Below, piece by piece: positions 19,051 through 29,388 of a stretch of DNA of 64,000 nt. The first letter of the stretch is position 1, and each line of letters begins with the position of its first letter. Under the pieces are notes generated by a model. That model was not told the origin of the DNA. It saw only the letters and a program-made list of their open reading frames with translations, and did no database searches. The position numbers were made by a program, and so were the translations under genes. Source of the DNA: Carpediemonas membranifera BICM (lineage: Eukaryota > Protista > Fornicata). Where the stretch lies: the NCBI GenBank assembly GCA_019828565.1, contig JAHDYR010000062.1, positions 1,250,421 through 1,314,420 of the forward strand. The letters are read 5' to 3'.

Positions 19051-21801
19051 ATGGAAACACGTCTGCTCGTCCTTCCCAGTGGGGCACAGCTGGGTGATAC
19101 GGACTCTAAACGTCTCAGTAACCTCATACAGACAGCTTCTGAGCTTGAAAGGGAGCTCACAACTTGCCCAGACGATACATTCGAAGAAACTCGGCTCCAG
19201 ACTGTGGAGAAGGTATTGGAAGTCATCAAAGACACTATTAATGCTCTTATCGAGGAGTCTAAGAGCAGAAAGCATCTTGGAGGTGTTGGAAAGACCGTAC
19301 TCGCGGCCACCTTTTTCGCTGTCGCGCAGCATGCCCCAACTACCGCAGCTTCCGTCCTCCTCGACGCCGCGCGCCAGGACACAGCCATGACGATCATCGT
19401 GAACATACTCACCGAGACCGCACTGCCCGAGTTCTGCGTCTCTGCCGTTCCAGACGTGCTGATGGCCATGCTCACCGCCGTGGCCGAGATCCCGCACACC
19501 ACTAAGGAGACAGAGGCGGGGTTCGTCAGGGCGTGGGCTAAGGTGCTTGGGGCCGTGGCGGACAAGCAGCCGGTGATGGGCGAGTTCGTCGAGGCCGCAG
19601 GAGATCTCGTTGCCCACCCATTATACTTCATCCGAGGCGTCGGGCTTGTGATATACGCTACCGCTGCCGTCAGGTTCGCCCGGACGATGCGTGAGAGCAA
19701 CACGGAGCCCTCCCCCACTGCTGCCAACGGGTACCGGGCCTGCATCGAGCAGCTGGAGGCCCACGGTCGCGACGTCAACCCGCACATCAGAGCGAGGGTG
19801 GTGCGGCTCATCGACGGCATACACGGACAGGGGTTCATCAACAAGGGAGCGTTCGCCGCAGCGCTCGAAACGGTGGCCGAACGTCTCGTCGACAAGGCCG
19901 CAAACGTCCGCAAGGCGGCGGCTGAGGCCGTGACCCACATCCTGCAGTCGTCCCGCTGGCTCGGGCCCTCGCTGGCCGACTCCCACCGCGCCGAGCTCGA
20001 GGCAAAGGCGGGTGAGACGGCTACCATGGTGTACCAGGTGCTCGGCCGCATCAAGGCCGCCCTGCACAGTGTCATCGTCGGGAGCCCCCAGGACGCCCCG
20101 CAGATGCTCCCGCTGGTGACAACGTTGGTCGAGCGGGATGTCACTGGGTCCGGCGAGCTCGTCAAGGCCGCCTTCGTGAGGTGTGCCGACACCCTCGAGG
20201 CGAGGGAGGCCCTGTGTGGCCTGGTCGAGCAGATCGCCATCACGTCGCAGTCAGACCCGGAGCTGGACGAGGGTGTCAAGGAGCTCGCCTGGTCCGCCAA
20301 GGCCCTCGCGGACATCGCCGCATCCCTGCCGTGGGAGTCCCAGGGCAGGTTCGCGGACGTGCTCGTCCAGCTCCACGACGACAAGGGCGCGCTATCCTCC
20401 CGGTTGGCCCAAACCCTGGTGCTCGTCGCATCCAGGGCTCAGGCCCAGGTCAAGCTCGGGGCCTGGCTCGCAGTCACCCATTTGACGAGATCAAAGGCAC
20501 CGGTCGACCTGGGCGATGTCCCTGTGACAAGTCTATGCACGCGACACGCCCTGGCGGTCCATCACTGCTACTGCACCGCCCTGTCACGCCGGCCCAAGCC
20601 CTCCTCCAGCCCCATCTGGCCCGTTCTCCTCAAGGCCTGCCTCACCGCCCCCACACGCGCCACATGCGCCGCCGCGGCGGTCAGTGCAATCCGGGCACTG
20701 TACGCCTCGGACAAGCCGCTGCCGACCGCCCAGCACTGGATCAGGTCCTTCGTGGCCAAGGACGCCATCGTCGGCCTCGTCGCCATGGCTGAGTGTGCCG
20801 TCTGCCACGCGGCGATGGTCGACAACCTGGTCGCGGCCATCAGGAAGCGGCCGCTCGAGACAGAGGGGGGCGAGCTCGAGGCCGTGGTCGGGGCCGACCC
20901 CAGGGACACCGCCGTGGGGGTTGCCGAGGCCGCGTTCGACCGGTCCGCGCCCAGTGAGCAGGCGCTGGGGCTGATTGAGACGATCATCGCCAACACCAAC
21001 GAGGGCGAGGGCTACAGCGTCGAGGCCCGCATCCTGGCAGTCGTCGCCGCGGTCAAGCTGGCCGTGACGACCCCGGGCCTCAGAGACCGTCTCATGCCGA
21101 GCATACAGACCGCGCTGGGCGCCGAGGACGTCCGACGGGCGGCCGTCGTGGGGCTGGGCGATTTATTCAGACGGTACCCTGCCCGCATGCACGAACACGC
21201 CGCCCTGGCCTTCGAGAGCGCTGCCACGGAGGGCCCTGGTCAGGTTGAGGCGCTGCTGACGGTGGGGTCGCTGATGCTGAGCGATCTGCTCAAGACAACC
21301 CACAGCTTCGGCCTGATCGCGTCGCTGTTCGACTCGGAAGACCCGGCCGTGCAGACGAACGCGCGGGAGTTCTTCAGACTTCTGGCCGAGAAGCCCCAGG
21401 CGCCCGTGAAGGCAGCTGTCGTCGAGGTCATGAGCTCTCTCGTCTCGGGCCGGCTCACCCCTACTGCGTTCGACCGGGCAATGGCATTCCTCCTGCCCCG
21501 TGTCCCGGGGAGCTTTGACACCGTCGTCGAGAAGATCTTCGACCGTGTCGGGCAGACGGACGACGGGGCCACGGCCGGCCAGCTGCTGAGAACGGTGCAG
21601 TTTATCGACAAGGAGAAGATGACGGACGCCTGCTGGCGGCGGTTCAGTGACAATGAGGGGCTTCTGGCCAAGTTCAGCGAGAACGAGGAGTTCACGGCCT
21701 CACTGAGGGAGGTGCTGAAGCTGCTCGCTGGGAAGAAGGAGAAGACCGAGCAGGCCGGGGCTGCGGAGGCGATCCTGGTGGGGCTGATTGGATCAGCCTG
21801 A
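19051..21801 (+). CDS. Condensin HEAT subunit Cnd1/NCAPD2-like
   Basis: RDVNPHIRARVV, RLVDKAANVRKAA, VRRAAVVGLGDLFRRYP, LMLSDLLK and AREFFRLLAEK match Cnd1 motifs. Confidence 0.75.
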   Translation: METRLLVLPSGAQLGDTDSKRLSNLIQTASELERELTTCPDDTFEETRLQTVEKVLEVIKDTINALIEESKSRKHLGGVGKTVLAATFFAVAQHAPTTAASVLLDAARQDTAMTIIVNILTETALPEFCVSAVPDVLMAMLTAVAEIPHTTKETEAGFVRAWAKVLGAVADKQPVMGEFVEAAGDLVAHPLYFIRGVGLVIYATAAVRFARTMRESNTEPSPTAANGYRACIEQLEAHGRDVNPHIRARVVRLIDGIHGQGFINKGAFAAALETVAERLVDKAANVRKAAAEAVTHILQSSRWLGPSLADSHRAELEAKAGETATMVYQVLGRIKAALHSVIVGSPQDAPQMLPLVTTLVERDVTGSGELVKAAFVRCADTLEAREALCGLVEQIAITSQSDPELDEGVKELAWSAKALADIAASLPWESQGRFADVLVQLHDDKGALSSRLAQTLVLVASRAQAQVKLGAWLAVTHLTRSKAPVDLGDVPVTSLCTRHALAVHHCYCTALSRRPKPSSSPIWPVLLKACLTAPTRATCAAAAVSAIRALYASDKPLPTAQHWIRSFVAKDAIVGLVAMAECAVCHAAMVDNLVAAIRKRPLETEGGELEAVVGADPRDTAVGVAEAAFDRSAPSEQALGLIETIIANTNEGEGYSVEARILAVVAAVKLAVTTPGLRDRLMPSIQTALGAEDVRRAAVVGLGDLFRRYPARMHEHAALAFESAATEGPGQVEALLTVGSLMLSDLLKTTHSFGLIASLFDSEDPAVQTNAREFFRLLAEKPQAPVKAAVVEVMSSLVSGRLTPTAFDRAMAFLLPRVPGSFDTVVEKIFDRVGQTDDGATAGQLLRTVQFIDKEKMTDACWRRFSDNEGLLAKFSENEEFTASLREVLKLLAGKKEKTEQAGAAEAILVGLIGSA

Positions 21802-21821
21802 CCGTAAATTCAATTTAGTAC

Positions 21822-23597
21822 TCACAACGCGCCGCTTTGCACCGCCTGCATGCCAGCTATCCACGCGTAACGGTCCTCTGGGTAGTTGAACTTGTCACGA
21901 ATGGAGTCGAAAGCTCTGCGACAGGTATTGCTTTCCAAATCAACGAGTGCTTCCTCGCAGACAGCCTTCACCTTATCCGAGTCTCCCATCCGGCGGAAAA
22001 TGCGTGTCCGGCTGTTGAAATCGTAAAGTTTCGTCCGAGCCTCGAAGATCGGTGAACGATCCGATCTGCTGGTGGTCAACATGAACCTCAGCAGGATCGG
22101 GAGATATTCGTGTGAGTCGACCTTGCTGTCGGGGTAGAAGATGGGCTTGATGTTCATGCCTGCATACTCTTGCTGCACACCATCTCTCATCATGGCGAAG
22201 TTGGGGTGACCCGCGTCGCGCTGCACGTAGCGGAGATACTCGTCGTTATTCAGCGAGCAGCCGATGAAGAGCACGCTACGGAGCCCAGTCATGGCCTGCA
22301 CGACGGTTGGAACAGGGCTGTTGGCATATGCCTTCTTGTACTGCTTTTTCGTCAGGACATGCGTGTCGTATCGGTCGTAGGTGCCGTGGAGCTTGATCAA
22401 AACAGGCTGGTCTCGGTCCATGACATCATCTATCATTTTGCGAACTCTGTCACCCTGACCCTCCCCCTGCGGGTTGATCTCGCTCGGTATGATGATGTTG
22501 ACTTTGTCGGGCAGGCAGGCTTCGATGACGGGGTCGTAGTTGGTGGTGATGATGGTGCCTTGGAACTCGGGCAGCAGGCCGCCCATGACGCCCTTCATCT
22601 TGGCCTTATCAGTCGGCCCGAAGGTGTGCTCGATATTCTTACTCATCGAGGTGACCGTGTCGAGGTATTCGGCGGCTTCCTGGTATTGGTCCTTGCCAAG
22701 CATCTCGCGCACCTTGACGACAGCATCTGGGTCTCCGCAGTTAGCGGCGCAGTCATTGAGGAACTTCCACCACGAGGGGTACCCTGCCGGGCAGCTGACC
22801 CCTGCCCCGATGAACGGGACGACCTCGTTCTTGCGGAGCCACCAGTGAAGGAGGTCGATGTCACGCTTAGCGTCATCTGTCAGCTGTTCGAGCCACACCA
22901 GCATCCGCAGGGCCTTATACAGGGGGGAGATGTCCCAGGCGTCGAAGTCTAATTGGTGGGCGAGGAACATCTTGATCTCCTCCTCAAAGTCCTCTTCGAG
23001 CCATGCAAATTCATCCTGCTCTGCCAAAACATGGTCGAGGAAATTTGCCCTCTGAGCAAAGGTCTCGCCGAGCCGCCTCTTCATCTCGGTGTTGATGATG
23101 CGACTCTGCTCAGACCTCGGGCAGGCAGCCAGGCGAGCTTCAATATTACCGACAAGCCCCGAGAGGGTAATGACTGAGAGAGGAAGGCCCGGGATATAAG
23201 CAGGGAGGGCCCCGTTGAGCTGTCCGTATGATTCTGACACAATCTTGGTGAAAGTCTTGGCGAACGGGGCGGGTAAGGCCAGGCGCATATACCGAAGCAG
23301 CAACATGCTCTCTTGAGCCCCTTCGTCGTTCTCAGAGTTTGCTCTGGTGGCGTCGTACCACATGGCGACGACGAGAGCCTCAGAGGCGATGTCAAGGTCG
23401 TACTGGAAGCGAGTGTGGTTGCACTTGGACTGGCTCGACTGGCTCGCCGACTTGATCTCCTCGGTCATTGTATCAAGACCCTGGATGATCTTCCCGGCGC
23501 TTCCAATGACTTCTACCCAGTTCTCCTGAACCCTGGTGGGAAAGGACAACAATTGAATGAAGACTGGGGACAGAATTGGGCAGTGTAGTCTTTCCAT
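21822..23597 (-). CDS. SIR2-like domain protein (bacterial SIR2_2/FAM118-type; likely start ATG 23468)
   Basis: VVPFIGAGVS..GYPSW, IITTNYD, LIKLHGT and VLFIGCSL..D are present. The zinc-binding module of classical sirtuins is absent. Confidence 0.85.
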   Translation of the reverse strand: MERLHCPILSPVFIQLLSFPTRVQENWVEVIGSAGKIIQGLDTMTEEIKSASQSSQSKCNHTRFQYDLDIASEALVVAMWYDATRANSENDEGAQESMLLLRYMRLALPAPFAKTFTKIVSESYGQLNGALPAYIPGLPLSVITLSGLVGNIEARLAACPRSEQSRIINTEMKRRLGETFAQRANFLDHVLAEQDEFAWLEEDFEEEIKMFLAHQLDFDAWDISPLYKALRMLVWLEQLTDDAKRDIDLLHWWLRKNEVVPFIGAGVSCPAGYPSWWKFLNDCAANCGDPDAVVKVREMLGKDQYQEAAEYLDTVTSMSKNIEHTFGPTDKAKMKGVMGGLLPEFQGTIITTNYDPVIEACLPDKVNIIIPSEINPQGEGQGDRVRKMIDDVMDRDQPVLIKLHGTYDRYDTHVLTKKQYKKAYANSPVPTVVQAMTGLRSVLFIGCSLNNDEYLRYVQRDAGHPNFAMMRDGVQQEYAGMNIKPIFYPDSKVDSHEYLPILLRFMLTTSRSDRSPIFEARTKLYDFNSRTRIFRRMGDSDKVKAVCEEALVDLESNTCRRAFDSIRDKFNYPEDRYAWIAGMQAVQSGAL

Positions 23598-23811
23598 GCT
23601 TCCCTGCTGGCTCTGTGCATGAGGGCGTTCCGGACCTCAGCGATCTCAGTGTCAGTGTCAGTGTCAAGACCGTCTTATTCGTTAGTGTCGTTCTCATCGG
23701 TTTCAATATGTGCACGCTTACCATCGAGTGGAAAGCGCTTAGAAGCAGTATTAGAGCGCTTCTTGGTCTTCTGAGCAGCAGCTCTAGTCGTTTGTTGGTT
23801 GCCACTTATCA

Positions 23812-24243
23812 TCAGCAGTGGTCAAGCTGGCGCACAACCTTGGCGCGAGAAATGTCGTAGATCTTGTCAAGATCAGGGCCGTCATTGACCGTCCCCGGCT
23901 GCCATGCTTTATCCGTGCTGTCGATGCCCGCCGCCCCAGGACCTCACCCGCCCATCAGCTCCTTGATGATCTCAACCCACCGCCAGAACTCGGACTTGGC
24001 CTTCTGCTCGGCCCCAGCAAACCAGGCCTGCTCCGCCTCGATCTCCTCCTTCATCGCCGTCATTCGTTTGATGATATCAGAATATTCCATCTTGGCCCCA
24101 ATAAACGCCTTCTCCGCGACAGAATCCTTCCTCTCCTCGAGCTGTGCCCTGAACGCCTCCAGCTCAGCCCGCATCACAGGCACCTGCTGGGCCAGCCCCT
24201 TGATCGCCTTGATCTTGCCCCGGTGCCCCTCGATATACCCCAT
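23812..24243 (-). CDS. Small hypothetical coiled-coil protein (possible 30-nt in-frame intron covering the TGA at 23944-23946; 5' end unresolved)
   Basis: ORF 23944-24243 is helical. The frame stays open past its TGA, which lies inside a GTGAGG...ACAG segment. Confidence 0.3.
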
Positions 24244-24575
24244 GCTAATGTCGACAAGCGCCAGATATGTTCAGAGGCGCCTAGCATAGCCCTGACGGAA
24301 GTCATTCATGTGCTGGGCTCCATCGGGACAAGTCCGCTGACCCATCGAACGTGAGACATGATTTGATTTTTCAAATCCACGTTACCTGATCAACTCGGCC
24401 AAGCAACGCTATTTACCCACTAAGCTAGGCTACAATGAGGCAGTGCCAGCACATGATGTATGGAACTCCCTTCATTCACGTCGATAGGGTCAAGTGCAGT
24501 TTTAAGTAGTCAGTGCTGTGCTTTTGAAGTGTCGATCAATGTCTTTTATACGGCGCAACAGAATCAGCCATGGAT

Positions 24576-27321
24576 GACCCCCCTTGTGTTACCCTCATTC
24601 ATGCCGGCCCAGCACCGGTCCAGCTATGCCTGGTCAGCCTCTACCGACTCCACTGGGCGCAAAACTGAGCTACCAGCACCGCATAGGTCAACACCGGCCA
24701 GCCTGGACGTACTACTGCTGCTGGACGTCACGGTGGATCCCTAGAGGATGAGCACTTTAAGGTATCTTCATTCACATCGCCAGCCCGAATCAGCCATGGA
24801 CGACCCATGGTACCATTACTACACATATCAGCGCGACGAGGAAGAGCCTGATCCTCTCAGCTTCGCTGTTATTTCCCGTGACGTTAATTTCACGGCGTTT
24901 GCCGCATACAAGCACGATTTCTTCGCATGCGGCACGGAAATAGGCGATATTCACATCTTTGATCCGAAAGGGAAGCGTAGCGAGCTTCTAGAACTCTCCA
25001 ATCTTCACGCTGGGCCAGTATCGCACCTTGCACTGACCGAACACTTCTGCTTCTCTGCTGCAGCGACCAAGCTCGTCGTGACGCCCCTATACCGCGAGCT
25101 ACAGAAGGAGTTTCATACAACCGAGATCTCATCAAGCCGCGAGGTGACTGCAGTGGCCGGGCAGGAGGTCGACAAGCAGTGGGTCTTCCACGCGGGGAAC
25201 GTGATGGGCGGCGTGGCCGTTTACCGGCCCAGTCGCGGCGGCTACACCACCACGGAGGTCGTGGCGTCCGAGCACGTGCGCTGCCCGGTGCACTGCATCG
25301 GCCTGCCCGCGAACCACGTCCTCGCCGTGTCGGACCGCGGAATCTCGCTCGTCCAGCGCGGGAACAACGGCACGTACACGCTCGTCGGCTTCAAGGACCC
25401 CGTCATCGGCACAATGCCCTACGACGACGGCCGTGCCCGCCTCAGCGTGCTGGGCAACGAGGCCCTCGTCGGCTGGGGCCATGTCGTCGGTGTGTACTCG
25501 ATCAACCTCACCAACGACGAGGAGAAGGGCCGCCTCCAGCCGACGAGCTTCATGAACGTCGGCGCCCCCGTGATCGGGCTGACGCTCTTCGGCAAATGCT
25601 CCTTCACCCTCCTCTGCCGCACGGGCCCTGGCACGTTGGCGTTCCGGGAGATCGACTACTCCGACGGCGCCATAGACATCCACAACGATGCCCTGAAGCT
25701 TGACGTTGCGGACGACCGGAAACTGGATCTCGACGGGTACGCGGTCAGAGACAAGAAGACGTTCTTTATCGCAGACCCGGCCAACCCGATCCACGTCGTC
25801 CCCATGAGCGTCCGGGACCTCGCCCTCCACTACAGGGACAGCGGCCGCATCCAGGACGCCCTCCGCCAGGCCTTCGCCGCCCAGGACCCGGCCCTCACGG
25901 CGCAGCTCGGCGTGGCCTTCCTGAAGCAGGAGATCGAGGCGGGCCGCATCAGCACCGTCCGCGAGCAGGCCCAGGACCTCCTCCGTTCCTCCGTCAAGGC
26001 CTGGCGCGAGTTCGTCTTTGTCGCGTGCCGGTCGCCGCAGCTCTCGGAGGTCTACTCCGTCGTCCCCCACCCCCGCTCCCGTCGTAACCGGATCCACCTC
26101 GGGTCGGACCTGTACTTCTCTGTCGTCGGCGCCCTGCTCGCCACTGGCAGGTTCGACACACTCCACGAGATCGTCCAGGATTGGGGGCTACAGAGCAAGA
26201 ATTCCGGCACTCCGGAAACAGTCGGAGTCATCCCGCCCCAGCCACTCGTACCCATGCTGCAGAAGGCGCTCGAGGCGGGTTCCAAGGACTACAGCCTCGG
26301 CCACACGCTGGCCCTGGTGTACGACAAGCTCGACGACATGCAGTCGGCGTTGAGTCAGTATATCGTCATGAAATCGGATAAGATATTCGATTATATCAAC
26401 GAGAAACAGATTCACAGGATGATTGCGGGTGTAGCCGGCAGTCGATCTTATGTAACGGATCTACTCCAGATCGACGAGGCCAAGGCCATCGAGCTCTTCG
26501 CCACCCACCCCGAGGCGATGCCCATCCGTGTCATTCGAGACCAGCTCACTGAGAACGAGCTGCTCTACCGCTACTACCTCGCCATCAGCCAGACGAACGG
26601 CAGTCTGCTCATCCCGTACGCCGACCGGATGGTCGAGTTGCACGCCGAGTACGGCACGGAAGATAGCCTCATGGCCTTCCTGCAGGTGCGGCGGGCTGAC
26701 ATCAACCTCGAGAAGGCGCTCACCGCTTGCCGCAGTCACAACTTGTGGGAGTGCACGAGATTCGTGCTGCTCGAGATGGGGCGCTACCAGGAGGCACTGT
26801 CGATCTCATTGAATCAGATGCGGTCGATCGACAAGGCGCTCAATATCATCGACCGGTCTGCCCTGCAGAAGCGGGCCCTTATCCCCCGCTTCCTGGAGAT
26901 GGTCAAGAAGGTTGGGCTCGTAGGCGACCTGCTGGACGCCTACCCCGTCAGAGAGGCTGATGACCTCCCGTTGCTCCAGATTGTACGAGATATTGACGTA
27001 GATTCGAAGATTGATAACCTGGGGTCGAGGCTGCTCAACGTCCTCGAGCACGAGCTTCTGGGCCTCTCGCGGCTGCAGGACTGCGAGGTCCTCTTCCACG
27101 CCGACGTCCTAACCCTGATGGGTGAGCTAAACCGCAAGCAGCACGCTCCCGTGGTCGTGCGGACGGAGTCCAAGTGCAGCTGCGGGTGCGGCGGCAGCAT
27201 TGTCGGATCGACTGACGACGTCGTCTTCTACTACTGCGGCCACGGCTACCTGGCCGACTGTCTGCGGGAGATGGGGGCCGGTGGGAGTGGGTCTTGCCCT
27301 GCATGCAAGGCCCTGCGCTAG
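24576..27321 (+). repeat. Inverted paralogous repeat, arm 1 (arm 2 at about 50276-53029)
   Basis: Blocks of near-identical nucleotide sequence to the reverse complement of 50276-53029, including about 170 nt upstream of the ORF. Confidence 0.9.
24748..27321 (+). CDS. Vps41-like HOPS subunit, copy 1 (likely start ATG 24796)
   Basis: N-terminal WD40-like propeller, clathrin-repeat helical region and C-terminal RING (CSCGC...CGHGYLADC...CPAC). Confidence 0.75.
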   Translation: MSTLRYLHSHRQPESAMDDPWYHYYTYQRDEEEPDPLSFAVISRDVNFTAFAAYKHDFFACGTEIGDIHIFDPKGKRSELLELSNLHAGPVSHLALTEHFCFSAAATKLVVTPLYRELQKEFHTTEISSSREVTAVAGQEVDKQWVFHAGNVMGGVAVYRPSRGGYTTTEVVASEHVRCPVHCIGLPANHVLAVSDRGISLVQRGNNGTYTLVGFKDPVIGTMPYDDGRARLSVLGNEALVGWGHVVGVYSINLTNDEEKGRLQPTSFMNVGAPVIGLTLFGKCSFTLLCRTGPGTLAFREIDYSDGAIDIHNDALKLDVADDRKLDLDGYAVRDKKTFFIADPANPIHVVPMSVRDLALHYRDSGRIQDALRQAFAAQDPALTAQLGVAFLKQEIEAGRISTVREQAQDLLRSSVKAWREFVFVACRSPQLSEVYSVVPHPRSRRNRIHLGSDLYFSVVGALLATGRFDTLHEIVQDWGLQSKNSGTPETVGVIPPQPLVPMLQKALEAGSKDYSLGHTLALVYDKLDDMQSALSQYIVMKSDKIFDYINEKQIHRMIAGVAGSRSYVTDLLQIDEAKAIELFATHPEAMPIRVIRDQLTENELLYRYYLAISQTNGSLLIPYADRMVELHAEYGTEDSLMAFLQVRRADINLEKALTACRSHNLWECTRFVLLEMGRYQEALSISLNQMRSIDKALNIIDRSALQKRALIPRFLEMVKKVGLVGDLLDAYPVREADDLPLLQIVRDIDVDSKIDNLGSRLLNVLEHELLGLSRLQDCEVLFHADVLTLMGELNRKQHAPVVVRTESKCSCGCGGSIVGSTDDVVFYYCGHGYLADCLREMGAGGSGSCPACKALR

Positions 27322-27680
27322 TTATACTGGTAGAATACCGTTGTTTATTAATAAAATTCACCGTTTCAGTTGTCCTTGGGTCATGTTATACTTGTCGCGT
27401 AGACAGGGGCCTAAAACTGCGACCAAGACTTCATGGCGTCGGGAGAGCATTTAACGTGGCTGGATGGAACCGGCTACTGGGCTGAGCCCGCTGGAGTTGC
27501 CCTGCTTCCCGTCTCCTCGAGGTGTCGGAGGCGGATGGTCAAGTGCGAGAGGTTACCATTGGTCAGCTGGGACTGGGGTGCCGTTGCCAGCACCAGGGCA
27601 TGACTGTTCCACTGGGGTTGGTTGTCTTCCGACTCGGCGTCCAGTCGGAGAGCACAAACAAAAACGTCAAGCAAAAGATC

Positions 27681-29231
27681 ATGAATTCTGAAGGCGAGCG
27701 ACTTACTATCGCCGAGGAGCTAGCGCAGTTCTACGATGGTGTGCTCACTGAATCCGCGGACCTCGACAGTTCTGGCATCATACCACCTATGCTGGAACTC
27801 GCTGCACGCCGCGTTGCTCTCTCGTTTGGCAAGACTATCGCCGCTACGGACATACCAGAGAAGTTCAAAGAGCGTGTGGAGCGCTATATCCCTGTAGATG
27901 CTCCCCTGCCCGATGTCGTCGACACAGTTTCGGACGGACCGTACTGGCTTCGTCGCATCATCGCGCAGTACCCAGTTGCTGCCAAGCGCTACAACGGCAT
28001 GAAGAAGGTGAGCTGGCGCACAGCGTTCCTCGAGGCCCACCTGGCTCGTGTCCTGGAGAACTACGTCCGCCCGCCCTCCCTGTTCCCCGGCGGGGTGGAG
28101 CCCCCGCCGCTGAAGACGCAGGGCGACCTCGATAAGGGCGAGTCGTGGCCTGATACAGCCCCCATCACGAGAGCTTTCCTGGAGCCCGGAATCGTCGGGG
28201 CCTTCCGTGCGGCCTCGGCCACCGTGAAGACACTCCGCATTAACGGCATGCCGTCCCACCTCGACCCGCACTGTATCCTGTCCCGTGTGCCGAATCTAGA
28301 GACGTTCCACCTCTCCTACGCGTCCCGAAAGGCCACGTACACGCAGTTCATAGGCACAGAGCCCGCCGTCATCGCCAAGCGGGCCGCCCCCGACTCTCTC
28401 ATCCACACGCCCTATAGCACCAAGGCCCAGCACATCCTCGCCACCACCCCAGGAGAGTTCGACCTCGTCGTCTCAAGGAACCTCGCATTCAAGGACGTCC
28501 CGGTCGCCACGTTGGCCGACTGCCTCTCGTTGGCAAGGGGCCTCAGAGCAAGATGCTGCCCCAACCTCACCAGCCTGTCCGTCGTCGATAGTGGGTTGAC
28601 CCCCAAGATGGCGACCGCCCTCTGTGTCGGCATGAAGGACGTGCCCTTGACCAAGCTTGACCTGAGTCTCAACTCGATCGGCGACGAGGGTGCGCACGCC
28701 GTGTCTAAGCTCCTGACGTCCGCCTCCAAGCTGGAGCACCTATCTCTGGCGTACAACAAGATCGGTCCTGACGGGGCGCGGGACCTCGGTGCCGGTGCTC
28801 GCCGGGTGCAGTCGATGAGGACGCTCGACCTCCGGGCCAACAAACTGGGCGATGCCGGTGCTTCCATCCTCTTCAGCGCCCTGGGCAAGCAGGACTGTAA
28901 CGTCACGACGGTCCGCGTTGGATGGAATGAGATGACGGGACTCAGCGGGGACGCCATCGGGCTCTATCTGAAAAAGACCACCGTGTGTCGCGTGCTTGAT
29001 ATTTCCGGCAACGACTTGGGCGATGAGGGTGGGTCTTCCCTGCTGACGGCCCTCCGGTCCCGGGTCGACATGGATCGGAGCGACCTGACGCTCGATTCCT
29101 TTGATATGAGAGCCACGAACATCGGTCTGGACGTGGTCAACGCGATATTGACCACCACGGGACTGCCTTTGATCGAGACCTTGCCGTCCGAGGCCATCTC
29201 TGAGGAGCAGTCCGTTGATGGTGAGGCGTGA
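27681..29231 (+). CDS. LRR protein, DRC5/TCTE1-like (nexin-dynein regulatory complex)
   Basis: YWLRR...SWRTAFLEAHLARVLENY followed by RI-type LRRs (LDLSLNSIGDEGA, LSLAYNKIGPDGA, LDLRANKLGDAGA). Confidence 0.65.
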   Translation: MNSEGERLTIAEELAQFYDGVLTESADLDSSGIIPPMLELAARRVALSFGKTIAATDIPEKFKERVERYIPVDAPLPDVVDTVSDGPYWLRRIIAQYPVAAKRYNGMKKVSWRTAFLEAHLARVLENYVRPPSLFPGGVEPPPLKTQGDLDKGESWPDTAPITRAFLEPGIVGAFRAASATVKTLRINGMPSHLDPHCILSRVPNLETFHLSYASRKATYTQFIGTEPAVIAKRAAPDSLIHTPYSTKAQHILATTPGEFDLVVSRNLAFKDVPVATLADCLSLARGLRARCCPNLTSLSVVDSGLTPKMATALCVGMKDVPLTKLDLSLNSIGDEGAHAVSKLLTSASKLEHLSLAYNKIGPDGARDLGAGARRVQSMRTLDLRANKLGDAGASILFSALGKQDCNVTTVRVGWNEMTGLSGDAIGLYLKKTTVCRVLDISGNDLGDEGGSSLLTALRSRVDMDRSDLTLDSFDMRATNIGLDVVNAILTTTGLPLIETLPSEAISEEQSVDGEA

Positions 29232-29388
29232 ATAAAGGGTTGGGGCTGGGTCATTGACTGGGACGGGAAACCAGTCGGCGGTGGCCGTCCAACTGCAGCG
29301 CGCGGTCAACTGACTATTGGCTGCAGCTTGTGTGTTTGTCACGCTCTCCCCAGCGTGCAGTGTCAAACATTACAGTCCATTTACTTGC

